A DNA stretch of 63,936 nt, counting the filler, from Octopus bimaculoides (lineage: Eukaryota), in NCBI RefSeq assembly GCF_001194135.2. It is 6 parts of 6 records of this genome, joined end to end, with 100 filler letters (N's around TTAATTAATTAA, not from the genome) between each part and the next. Parts side by side here need not be neighbours in the genome. Positions count along the whole stretch, not along the records: positions 31,765 to 43,632 come from NW_026295173.1; positions 43,733 to 46,313 come from NC_068993.1; positions 46,414 to 54,310 come from NC_068999.1; 3 more parts are not named here. One strand, written 5' to 3'. Below the pieces are notes generated by a model. That model was not told the origin of the DNA. It worked only from the letters and a program-made list of their open reading frames with translations, and searched no databases. The position numbers were made by a program, and so were the translations under genes. Shown one piece after another: positions 40,120 to 52,112 of the stretch (the stretch's first letter is position 1; each line of letters starts with the position of its first letter).

Positions 40120-40521
40120 GGCACAGAAGTGTCTGTGTGGTAAGTAGCTTGCTTCCCAACCACATGGTTCTGAGTTCAGTCTCACTGCATAGCACCTTGG
40201 GCAAGTGTCTCTTGCTATAGCTTCGGGCCAACCAAAGCCTAGTGAGTGGATTTGGTAGATGGAAACTGAAAGAAGCCTGTCACATGTGTGTGTGTGTTTG
40301 TGTGTGTATGTTTGCGTGTCAGTGTTTGTCCCCCCACCATCACTTGACAACCGATGCTGGTGTGTTTACATCCCTGTAACCTAGTGGTTCAGTAAAAGGG
40401 ACTGATAGAATAAGTAGTAGGCTTACAAAAAATAAGTCCTGGAGTCAATTTGTTTGACTAAAGGTGGAGCTCCAGCATGGCCACAGTCAAATGACTGAAA
40501 CAAGTAAAAGAATAAAAGAAT
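40120..40521 (+). mobile_element. SINE family A, full length
   Basis: tRNA head through the aaagaataaaagaata tail. Confidence 0.9.
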
Positions 40522-40780
40522 AAATGCCCAAATTGTGAAGAGATTTATGTTAGTCAGACTGGGAATACATTATCGGAATGTTCAAGGGTGCACCAACAGC
40601 AAATTAGGGATGGCAACTTCAACAAAAAAAAAAGTATTCCATCTGGTGAGAGATAAATACTATTTACTAGACACAATGCATTTTTATGTGTTACTAATAG
40701 TTTCATATCTTGAGAATTATCTCAAGAATATTCATTAGGCACAAACCACATATCATAATGAACTAAAATTGAATGATAGA
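40522..40780 (+). mobile_element. Penelope-like element GIY-YIG endonuclease relic
   Basis: KCPNCEEIYVSQTGNTLSECSRVHQQQIRD matches the PLE CxxC..YIGQTG..L..R..EH pattern; the frame degrades afterwards. Confidence 0.75.
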
Positions 40781-41207
40781 AGAAATATCAAATATTAGGA
40801 CTATTACTACCTGCTACCAAGACCTTATACAAGTGAAAAAGAGAGACAGAGACAGACAGAAGAAAAAAAGGAAAATGTCCCTTGCATTTGAAAACTATGG
40901 AAATATTTAAAAAAACATTTCATTTAATTTTTCCACAATTTAATTGCTCTAACGTTTTTTTAAAATTCTATAGCGTTCTCAATTGATCAGTAACTGAACT
41001 TTATAGTATACAATCTTTATGTTTGAATTAATTTACCATTTGCTCGTTCCCTACACCTTTAGGATGAACGGTTGTATATCATCTCATACCTTTTCATCCT
41101 GTTTTGTATATTTTCATGGGTCAACTATGAAAATTGGATTTGAATGTTTTCTGTTTTTATTGGCTGTATATTACTAATGATAATAATAGTAATAGCAATA
41201 ATAATGG

Positions 41208-41297
41208 GACCCCGAGGAGATGGAGTATCCTATATTTTATAATATGTTCCATCGAAATAATATTTTATAATATGTTCCATCGAAATGTTCATAGGTC
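41208..41297 (+). ncRNA. Minimal type I hammerhead ribozyme fold with internal 28-nt duplication
   Basis: Stem I GACC/GGUC; core CCGAGGA; stem II GAUGGA/UCCAUC; GAAA; stem III AUG/CAU with 2-nt loop; cleavage triplet AUA at 41291-41293. Confidence 0.7.
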
Positions 41298-41301
41298 ATT
41301 T

Positions 41302-41369
<68 letters not shown>

Positions 41370-41540
41370 AAGTATTTTCAATGGATCAGTTTTGAGCTCT
41401 ATTTAAAGTTGATATATATATATATATACAAAAACTCAGCTGTGAGTATTTTGCTAAGATTGTTAACAGATACTATATTCTTTTGCCAAATTTTTGGTGT
41501 AAAAAAAATATATTTAAACAGAGGAATTTGTAGTTGTAGT

Positions 41541-41615
41541 GAGTAGTTTAGCTTAATCGGTCAAGCATCGTGACGCGTAATCACGGGGATGTGAGTTCGA
41601 GTTCACAGCTAGCCA
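41541..41615 (+). pseudogene. tRNA-like pseudogene or isolated SINE head
   Basis: Anticodon arm CGTGA/TCACG with 7-nt loop (CGT central), T arm GTGAG-TTCGAG-TTCAC, mismatched acceptor stem, TTTT shortly downstream. Confidence 0.5.
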
Positions 41616-41785
41616 CCTACACTTTTCTCTGCAAAAAAGGGGTAGTTTATCCTGTTCAGGCTATATTATTAGAATTATTCTGCGATTGAGAATTTAAAAA
41701 ATCACTTCTTTAACTTTCTAAGACATCTCAACGCTTCTAAAAGCAAACTTCGTTTGTTTATTTACGTTTATCGTAATTTGAGTTT

Positions 41786-41823
<38 letters not shown>

Positions 41824-41991
41824 TTATTTATTTATTTATGTGTTTCAGCCAAGTGGCTGCGGTCATGCTGGTGCACCACCGTGAAGATATATATATATAT
41901 AATATTATATTATATATTACATATATATATATATATTTGATATTATATATTATGTATATATAGACATATATTATATATTGTATATATTATA

Positions 41992-42224
41992 TGTGGAGGC
42001 ACGTGGTTTAGTGGTTAGGGTGTCAGCACCATGATCGTAAGATTGTGGTTTCAATTCCTGGACTGGGTGACACGTTGTGTTCTTGAGCAAAACACTTCAT
42101 TTCAGTCCACTCAGCTGGCAAAAATGAGTAACGCTGCAATGGACTGGCATCCCGTCCAGCTGGGGAACACATACACCATTGAAACCGGGAAACCGGGCCC
42201 ATGAGCCTGGCTAGGCTTTAAAAG
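41992..42224 (+). mobile_element. tRNA-derived SINE family E
   Basis: ggaggcacgtggtttagtggttagg head, cttgagcaaaacactt block, atggactggcatcccgtccag central block. Confidence 0.75.
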
Positions 42225-42234
42225 NNNNNNNNNN

Positions 42235-42271
<37 letters not shown>

Positions 42272-42657
42272 AAAAGAGAGAGATGGATGGATAGAAAGAC
42301 AGATAAATTGATAGATAAATAGATACATAGATGTCCATGTAGGTAGATTGATAGACAGTCAGACAGTCAGACAGACAGACAAATAATCAGACTGAGAGAC
42401 AGATAAACAACTAGACAGACAGTCAAACAGACAGACAGATTATCAAACAAACTGTACAAACGAGTCATACACAACAGAGAACTAAATTAGCTGAAATCAT
42501 AAGAGAATGTGGAATGGAAACTAATTTAGTGTAATTAGACCAATAAGAATTAAATTAAACACTCCCAAATATAATAACTTAACAGAACTATGCCAAATAT
42601 GTCATATCAATTAATGATTCCAAGAAAGATAAAAACTGAAATAAAAAAAATAAAGCG

Positions 42658-42910
42658 GTTTGGCTGTGTGGTAAAAAGCTTGCTTCCAAGCCACATGGTT
42701 CCAGGTTCAATTTCACTGCATAGGACTTTGGACAAGTGTCTTCTAATATAGCCTCAGTCTGATCAAAGCCATGTGAGTGAAAACTGAAAGAAGCCTTCTA
42801 TGTGTGTGTGTTTGTTCTCCCAATTACTGCTTGATAACCAGTGTTGGTTTGATTATGTCCCGGTAACTTGAAAGTTTGGCAAAGAGACTAATAGAATAAG
42901 TACCAGACTG
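42658..42910 (+). mobile_element. SINE family A (internally deleted, 3'-truncated)
   Basis: Family A head and central motifs. Confidence 0.8.
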
Positions 42911-43014
42911 TTGAGGCTTCTAATCATAAAGTTAAGACCTCTGATCAAAAAAGCGAAGATAATTACCCATAAAGTGAAGACCTCTACGCATAAAATTAAG
43001 ACTTCTAATAATAA

Positions 43015-43228
43015 TGTTGAGCTGGCAGAAATGTTAGCACGTCGGGCGAAATGCTTAGTGGAATTTCGCCTGTCTTTACGTTCTGAGTTCAAATTCCGTT
43101 GAGGTCGACTTTGCCTTTCATCCTTTCAGGGTCGATAAATTAATTACCAGTTACATACTGGGGTCGACCTAATCGACTGGCCCCCTCCCCAAAAATTTTG
43201 GGCCTTGTGCCTAGAGTAGAAAAAAATA
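43015..43228 (+). mobile_element. SINE family B, full length
   Basis: gagctggcagaaatgttagc head...ccttgtgcctagagtagaaa tail. Confidence 0.9.
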
Positions 43229-43410
43229 ATGTTGAATCCAGTAAGCATGAAGTTAAGACAACTAATCATGATTTTAGGGAGACTTTGTTGATGTTTCTAA
43301 CAGGGCAAGGCCCACCATATTGGGTCATTTTGTTGTTCTTGATGTTTGTTTTTTTTTCCCCTTTTCGATCAAGACAAAAATATCTGCCTCTATTTCTCTG
43401 ACAGTCAAGA

Positions 43411-43479
43411 ATGAAAGCCACAAATTCCATCATGAACGCCAACCACATTCTATTGCTGTTCTGTGTTCTTTGCCTGCAG
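43411..43479 (+). CDS. Candidate first coding segment (exon 43405-43479) of a secreted or membrane protein: MKATNSIMNANHILLLFCVLCLQ
   Basis: Acceptor tctatttctctgacAG at 43403-43404; ATG 43411 and in-frame ATG 43432; hydrophobic ILLLFCVLCL core; donor CAG|GTAGGT at 43480. Downstream exons not identified. Confidence 0.5.
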
Positions 43480-43734
43480 GTAGGTGCATTTTCTGTCTTG
43501 CTCAGTTTCCTTGATCTTTCTTTCACACACACACACACACACACACATGTCAATTAAAACTCTTCAAGGTGATGCTCTGGCATGGTCACAGTCTAATGAC
43601 TGAAACAAGTAAAAGGTAATATATAATATATANNNNNNNNNNNNNNNNNNNNNNNNNNNNNNNNNNNNNNNNNNNNTTAATTAATTAANNNNNNNNNNNN
43701 NNNNNNNNNNNNNNNNNNNNNNNNNNNNNNNNTT

Positions 43735-44015
43735 CGATTAGGGAGCAAATATTTAAGAAAAATGGAAGTGAATTGGTAGCACAATTAGAAAGGACACACC
43801 AAATGCAGCGAAAAGTGCTTTACAGTGGAATCCGGATGGATATAGAAAGAGGGGTATGCCTAAGAACTCGTGGCGTAGAATCAACACAAAAGGAACTAGA
43901 GAAAGGAGGACATTCATGGCAGAGTATAAGTACAGAAGCGAAAAATTATGCGACATGGAATTCAATTATAAGTGGCCTATACTCCGCGTTGGAGGGTTAA
44001 AAGCAAGAAAGAATA
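43735..44015 (+). mobile_element. RTE LINE 3' end followed by (CAT)n
   Basis: KKKWK.IGSTIRK..ALQWNPDGYRKRGMPKNSWRR approximates RTE WRWIGHTLRK..WNPQGKRKRGRPKNTWRR. Confidence 0.85.
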
Positions 44016-44016
44016 T

Positions 44017-44071
<55 letters not shown>

Positions 44072-44081
44072 ACATCATCTT

Positions 44082-44292
44082 ATTGCCCGGATCGCCGTGA
44101 CTCGTTCTCTCCAGTCTGTTTGGTCCGCCATTGTACATGGTTGGTCTTCTCGGGTGCACTCAGCGTCCTCGCATCTTTGTTTTATATAGGTTCGATGTGG
44201 TCTGTTATCATTTGCATACTCATGCTTTGGTTCCCAGAGAAGAACGTCGCTGATGATCTCATCCTTTGCTCTCCAGCAATGTCCAGCGAATC
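44082..44292 (-). mobile_element. RTE-type LINE 3' end (second family), tail facing the same array
   Basis: FAGHCWRAKDEIISDVLLWEPKH..RTYIKQ..MADQTDWRERV. Confidence 0.85.
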
Positions 44293-44348
<56 letters not shown>

Positions 44349-45028
44349 CTGTGTGTTTGTATGTGTGCGCGCGCACATAAACGGACATATTATTCCATAT
44401 AAAGAACAATAAAAGAATTATATCCTGCAGTAATAGACACATTTGTCCAATCCCGATCAAAATGAAAATCATCAGTGTCTCCACTGTGACTTCATAGCAA
44501 AATCCATCCCTGTACTCTAATTACATTCACGCATCCATCGCAAATAGATGCAGCTTCTTAGTTTTTTTTTCTTCTTTCAAAAGCTGTTTTCTCTTTTCCT
44601 TGTTTTTTTTTCTCTTTCTATTACTCTCTTTAACTTTAACTTCTCTCCTTCAAACACTCATACGTCGAAATCGACGGGAGCAACCATCACATAACAGCGT
44701 ATACTAAGTAGTTTCGTATTGTTTCTTTAGTTCTGAGAGCATACAGAGATTGACTTTTTTTCTGTCTCTCTCACACACATACATACGCCATATCTCTTTC
44801 TCCCCCTCTCCCTTTCGCGCTCTCTCACATACACACTCTCACCCTTTTCCATACACCCTCACTCACAGACACTCTCACATATTCTCTCTCACACTCTCCT
44901 CATCTCTCTCTGATTTTTTTTTTGACATTATATAAAGGCCAGGAAAGACTCTAGACAGGAATGTAGAGAGATTGGTAGGATGAGAAGTAGGAAGAGGTGT
45001 AAAGGAGAACAAGTCATCTTCCACAGTA

Positions 45029-45060
<32 letters not shown>

Positions 45061-46413
45061 TACCACCACCGCCGCTACCACCACCACCGCTACCACCGCC
45101 ATTACAACAATGTAAACTTCAACCATTTCAAAGTTGTTGTTTAGCCACAGGTCAGCCCAGGAGCTGAGATCTGTAATTAAAGGCATTCCAGTTGTGACCA
45201 TCACTTCTTTTATCTCTGTGCAAAGAACCCAGGACATTGCCTACCATATCTGTTAAAAAAAGGCATACGATTTGAGGGAGATTTGCTTGCTATTTCTCAT
45301 TTCTAGCAAATCGAGAAACTCTTCTTGGTTCAGCTTCTGAATCATTTTTACTATAAAACTAGCAAGATGGCGTGTTTGTAAGTTGTTATAAGAGACGTGA
45401 GGGATAGGGATATTATTATCATGAAAGGACGGAAGGCAAAGTTGACTTCGGCGAGACTTGAACTTAGAATGTAAAGAACTGCAAGAAAAGTCATTTTGTC
45501 CGGGGCTCTAAAGATTCACCCAATTCACCTCTAATAATGAACAAAATATATGTCTTAATTATATAAAGACCATCTCCGGGTAGTAAGCTACGAAGTTGTT
45601 ACATTCTCTCGATTTCCTGTAATTCAGACCGTCACATGATCCCAACAGAGGCTGGTGATAATAATGGTGGCGATAAATACAACGATGTTGGTATAGAGGA
45701 AGAGGAGGAGCAGGAGAGGAGAAAGAGATGATAGCGGTTGTAGTATTGGTAGGTGGTGGTGGTGACTGGTAGGTGTTTGTCAAGACAAAAGGCAAATAAA
45801 ACCAACCAACCAAATAAAGAATTTTCGTGTCATTGTGGTGTCGACAAATAAAAAAAAGATTGTTGTTGTTTGTTTGTTGTTTTTGATGCCGATGTTTGAA
45901 ATGTGAAGAGCGTAACGAGTAAACCTGAAAATGATAGTCGTCTGGTCGGCTGCTGCTCTTTTACAGCGTCCCGCAATTAGCGAGAACCAGCTATTAAGAA
46001 ACTTTTGTTAAATACTGCGAAAGGGCAAACTATTTGTGGTTAACTAAGGCAACTCAACACCGAAATTTTTGGTGTCATTTTGTCTTGGCACTCATCATTT
46101 GGCGGCATGCGTCATCAAACAACTTTTCAGGCTGACAAAAAAAAAAAAAACCCCTGAAAAACAATGACGTTGCTTAGATGTGTTCGTTGCTCGGCCTGCA
46201 AAATATAACAGCTGTATAACCTCAAACCATATTTTTAGTATTTAAAAAAAAAAAAGAATCACTGGAGAACGTAGTAAACGCGGACTTGGGTGTGGATACA
46301 CACACAAACCACTNNNNNNNNNNNNNNNNNNNNNNNNNNNNNNNNNNNNNNNNNNNNTTAATTAATTAANNNNNNNNNNNNNNNNNNNNNNNNNNNNNNN
46401 NNNNNNNNNNNNN

Positions 46414-46450
<37 letters not shown>

Positions 46451-46660
46451 CATATATACAGGAACATGTCCATGGTTGTGTGCCAGGGTGGTATATAGAT
46501 AGGTACCCGTATGTAGATAAGTGTGTTTAATATGTATAAAGGCAATGATTAAAGATTTCGTAAAATCAATATTTTGTGAAAATATATTTTCCTATCTTTA
46601 CAACAAGCCTATGGCTGCTTTGGCTCTCTCCTTCGGTATCAGTATACATGAATATATGTA

Positions 46661-46694
<34 letters not shown>

Positions 46695-47473
46695 CATACA
46701 TAATACATACATACATATACACATACATATATATGTATATATCTGTGCGTTTATATATATATATGTATATAATATGGAAAGCATATATACTTATCTATGT
46801 ATATTTATATATCTAGATACCAATGCATACATGTATTTATATATACATCTGTATATTTACATATAAATATACAGACACGCACATATATATGCATATATAT
46901 ATATATANNNNNNNNNNCACACAGACATAATTGCATGCACAACCTGTCGCACACACACACACATCTGTGCATGTGTTTTGTGTGCGTATATATATATTTG
47001 TATATATATATTATATATATAAATGCATATATAGACATAAACATACATACATATATACCTGTATTTATGTGAGTGTGTATGTGTGTGTGTACGAGTGTGT
47101 GTATGGTGTGTAGAAGTTTGTGTGTATGTATGTTTGTATATACACATAGAGATCTATAGCGCTTCCAATTCTTTCGGCACAATTATCCCACAACCACCCA
47201 TCGTCTCCTCTCAACCCCCCACCCGCTCCTCATCCTCTTCCTTACATCACTTGTACAACAGTAGAAATCCTTGATATTTGAAGTAGTTAGCGCCAAGTAA
47301 TTCAGTGAAGGATCTTTCTCGATGCCTTCTGCTTTCGGCAATATTGGTTAATAACGTTTATCATGGATTCTCTCCTTTCATCCATTATCTGTTGTTGTTG
47401 TTGTCCAATGGTGATATCATCGGGGATTCGGGCAGAGCTGGCAATATTGATTCTATATATAGATACACACACA

Positions 47474-47514
<41 letters not shown>

Positions 47515-47902
47515 NNNNNNNNNNNNNNNNNNNNNNNNNNNNNNNNNNNNNNNNNNNNNNNNNNNNNNNNNNNNNNNNNNNNNNNNNNNNNNNNNNNNNN
47601 NNNNNNNNNNNNNNNNNNNNNNNNNNNNNNNNNNNNNNNNNNNNNNNNNNNNNNNNNNNNNNNNNNNNNNNNNNNNNNNNNNNNNNNNNNNNNNNNNNNN
47701 NNNNNNNNNNNNNNNNNNNNNNNNNNNNNNNNNNNNNNNNNNNNNNNNNNNNNNNNNNNNNNNNNNNNNNNNNNNNNNNNNNNNNNNNNNNNNNNNNNNN
47801 NNNNNNNNNNNNNNNNNNNNNNNNNNNNNNNNNNNNNNNNNNNNNNNNNNNNNNNNNNNNNNNNNNNNNNNNNNNNNNNNNNNNNNNNNNNNNNNNNNNN
47901 NN

Positions 47903-47945
<43 letters not shown>

Positions 47946-48459
47946 ATATATATATATGTATATGTTTATATATAGGTGTAATATATTACATATTTATATG
48001 TATCATATAGAATAAGATTTATATATACGCATTATATATATATATTATATATATACATATATGTATATATATATGTATATATAACCCGTACTTCTGTGCT
48101 TAAGAATGGTAAGTTATCGACGAACCGATTTCTTCTATGTATGCTGCTGCCTGTTTTTGTTTTCTTCTCTTACTCCGAGTAGCTACACTTAATCCTGTTA
48201 TTTCCCTCGAGAGTAATTTCTGATCGAAGCATTTTGCTTCCTCAATCCATCTTTATCATATTTGAGACTTGTTTTATCTAATTTCCTCCATAAGCGTTTC
48301 TTGCTTGTTTTTTTATGATTATTGTTTCTGATGTTGTTTCTGCTGTTGTTGCTGTCGTCGTAATTGTTACATACATCGTTACTGCTGCCTTCGTTACAGC
48401 AAAATTCAGCTGTTCTTTAGTAGCAAGTCAGCCATATTCAAATAGTTATGCCATCAATG

Positions 48460-48795
48460 AAGGCGCATGGTTCAATGGTTAGAGCGCCGGGCTCACAATC
48501 ATGAGGTATTGATTTCGATTCCCGGACCAGGATGTGTGTTGTGTTCTTGAGCAAGACACTTTATTCCACCATGCGGCAGTTCACTCTGCTGTAAAAATGA
48601 ATTGCGACGTCACTGGTGCCAAGCTGCATCGGTCTTTGCGTTTCCCTTGGATAACATCGGTGGCGTGGAGAGGAGGAAGCTGGTATGCCTGCACAATTGC
48701 TGGTCTTCTATAAACAACCTTGCCCAGATATGTGCCTCGGAGGGTAACTTTTTAGGTTCGATTCCATGGTCAATCATGGCTGAAGAGGGGCTTTA
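48460..48795 (+). mobile_element. SINE family C, full length
   Basis: Matches 33066-33400. Confidence 0.9.
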
Positions 48796-48862
48796 CACTT
48801 TTTGTTTTTTTTTTACCCTATACCATCAATGCCGTTGAAACCGTTTAAGATATATGACAAAA

Positions 48863-49078
48863 AGGCGGCGACCTGGCAGAATCGTTAGCACGTTGGGCGA
48901 AATGCTTAGCGACATTTCGTCTGTCTTTACGTTCTGGGTTCATATTCCCCCGAGGTCGACTTTACCTTTCATGCTTTCGGGGTCGATAAATTAAGTACCA
49001 GTTGCATACTTGAGTCGATCTAATCGACTGGCCCCCTCCCCCTTAATTTCGGACCTTGTGCCTAGAGTAGAAAAGAAT
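48863..49078 (+). mobile_element. SINE family B, full length
   Basis: Matches 43015-43228. Confidence 0.9.
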
Positions 49079-49862
49079 AATATATATGACAAAGTTTTAC
49101 ACAGTTTCCTTCCACCAAACTGTATTAGACAATTCTGCAATTCTTCTATCACTTTGAAAATTAAGATAATATCCACTTGATTGAGGTACCGCTCACTTGG
49201 ATTGAACCCTGGACTATATGAGCTTGTTAATTGTAAGGCCTTAATACGGCCCTCATACAAGAAAAAACGAAATCTTTCGTGATAACCCCAGCAGTACAAC
49301 GGATTAAATGGCTCATCGTATCTATCCATTGAAAAATAGCAACACATACACAAAAAGAAAAAGAACTCCCCAAAAAACTGAAGAATTCCAAAAGAATTCT
49401 AAAAAAGTCTTGGAGTTCTTTGCTCGTGTGTTTGCTTTTTGTATTCGCAATCTCGTTTGCACGTAAAATACTTTTCAGTTATTCTATATTATTGTAAGAA
49501 TTTTGTTTTCGCCTTTTCTTTTTTTGTCTGCTTCGGCAGCTGTAAGAATAGAAAAAACAGATCAACAAGGGGATTCTTTAAAGTAAAAAGACCCTAGTCA
49601 TTTATTTTTGAATTATTTTAAAGCTTCAAGTCAAAGTATTAGTTTACTTTGGTGGCGCAAGTTCCATTTCTTTTTTCATTCGCTACTAATCTTCTTCATT
49701 ATTTAAACTAACAGCGTCGGTTTAGAGGTTTATAGCTCTATACCGTTCCTTCTTCTACCCTAAGCAATTAATCACGTCAAAATACCCAAATCCGTAAAAA
49801 ATAAACGGCATCACTATCACTTCATACGCACCAACACTAACGCCTCAGCACACACAAGCCAA

Positions 49863-49907
<45 letters not shown>

Positions 49908-50054
49908 ACACATATAAGCATACATGTGTACATACACATGCCACACATTCTCACATGCACACGCACATGAATGTATACGATTACATACACACGCACATAC
50001 AAGCGGGCATATACACTCACATACATATAAACATACATACAAGTGTACACATAA

Positions 50055-50310
50055 TGGAAAATTCCAAGGATGGGGAGGAAGGACTTCCAGGTAAAGTCTG
50101 ATGTGGGGGACTTCTTAGAAAAATCCAAGGAGGGGGAGATGACGGAGAGGAACGGGAGGAAGGACTTCTTGGAAAAGTCCGAGGAGGGGGACTGCCTGGA
50201 AATTTCCAAGGAAGGGTGAAAGGTAAGAAAGGGAGGAAGGACTTTCAGGAAAAATCCGAGCAGAGGAACTTCCTGGAAATTTCCAAGGGGGCAGAATTGA
50301 GGAAGAGTAA
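50055..50310. repeat. Purine-rich degenerate tandem repeat (about three ~80-bp units built from ~27-bp subunits)
   Basis: gggaggaaggactt recurs three times; ggact(t/g)c..gaaa..tcc.agga recurs within each unit. Confidence 0.75.
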
Positions 50311-50394
50311 GTGGAGGATATACTCTCCAGCCTTCATCAGGTGTCTTGCGAAAATTTCGAACCTGAATTCTCATTCCTAAGGTATTTACGGGCA

Positions 50395-50442
50395 CAAGAT
50401 GAGGACAAATAAGGTGAGGACAAATAAGATGAGGACAAATAT
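50395..50442. repeat. 15-bp tandem repeat x3 (aagatgaggacaaat)
   Basis: Directly visible. Confidence 0.9.
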
Positions 50443-50574
50443 CCGGCAAATGTAAATAATGTAAATAACGTACATAATTCTTCATCTCTTAAATATAGAA
50501 CTGTATGGATCTATAAACATATATATACACAGACACACAAATATCTATGTATACTCTCACACACATATATATAT

Positions 50575-50780
50575 TCTTCTCTACTCTAGGCACAAGACCC
50601 GAAATTTTGGAGAAGAGTCCAGTCGATTAGATGGAGCCAAGTACGAAACTGTTACATAATTTATCGACCCCGAAAGGCAATGTCGACCTCGGTCGAACTT
50701 GAACTCATAACGTAAAGACAGACGAAATACCACTAAAAATTTCGCCCGGCGTGGTAACGTTTCTGCCAGCTCTCCGCCTT
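50575..50780 (-). mobile_element. SINE family B
   Basis: Reverse complement of 48863-49078. Confidence 0.85.
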
Positions 50781-50847
50781 GCTCACACACATATATTATA
50801 GACAAACACGGTGCCAATCGTTCCGGCCGAAATGGCAAAATCTTCAA

Positions 50848-51265
50848 GGCGTAGGAGTGGCTGTGTGGTAAGTAGCTAGCTTACCAACCACATGGTCCCG
50901 GGTTCAGTCCCACTGCGTGGCATCTTGGGCAAGTGTCTTCTACTATAAGCCTCGGGCCGACCAAAACTTTGTGAGTGGATTTGGTAGACGGAAACTGAAA
51001 GAAGCCCGTCGTATACATGTATATATGTATATGTATGTGTGTGTATGTGTTTGTATCTGTGTTTGTCCCCCCCCCCCAACATCGCTTGATAACCGATGCT
51101 AGTGTGTTTATGTCTCCGTAACATAGCGGTTCGGCAAAAGAGATCGATAGAATAAGTACTAGGCTTCTAAAGAATAAGTCCTGGGGTCGATTTGCTCGAC
51201 TAAAGGCGGTGTGCTCCAGCATGGCCACAGTCAAAAGACTGAAACAAGTAAAAGAGTAAAAGAGA
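50848..51265 (+). mobile_element. SINE family A, full length
   Basis: ggcgtaggagtggctgtgtgg head through the aaaagagtaaaagaga tail. Confidence 0.92.
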
Positions 51266-51309
51266 GAACTGATATATCACGTTTTTCCCACAATCAACTC
51301 TCAACAATT

Positions 51310-51772
51310 TGTTCGTTGTTGTTGTTGTTGTTGTTGTTGTTACTGTCGCCATTGTTATTGTTCTCTTTGTTGTTGTTGTTGTTCTTGGTGTTGTCATCGT
51401 TCTTATTTCATCTGTCATCGCTAACGTCGTTTGTCCTTGTTATTGTTTTATTTTATATTTATTTTCGTTTTTTGTTTTCTTGATTGTTGCCAATATCGAT
51501 TGTTATTCATCTTCCTCTACTTCCTCTACTTCATTGCTTATGCGTTTGTCCTCCACCCCACCCCATATTGTCGCCCCTGTGGCTAATAAAAGAAATCATC
51601 ATGATCGTCCTCGTCATCATCATCATCATCATCATCGTCGTCGTCGTCGTCGTCATCATCATCCTCATCATCATCATCATCCTCATCATCATTATCATCA
51701 TCATCATCATCGTCGTCGTCGTCGTCGTCGTCATCATCATCATCCACATCATCATCATCATCCTCATCATCC

Positions 51773-51806
<34 letters not shown>

Positions 51807-51844
51807 CATCATCATCGTCGTCATCATCCTCATCATCATCGTCG

Positions 51845-51898
<54 letters not shown>

Positions 51899-52026
51899 AC
51901 ATCGTCATTATTATTATTATTGGTCTTATCATCATCACCATTTTCATCAACATAATTTTTATTATTCTAATTGCCATTGTAATTATTATTATCATTCTTC
52001 TTCTTCTTCTTCTTCTTCTTCTTCTT

Positions 52027-52112
<86 letters not shown>

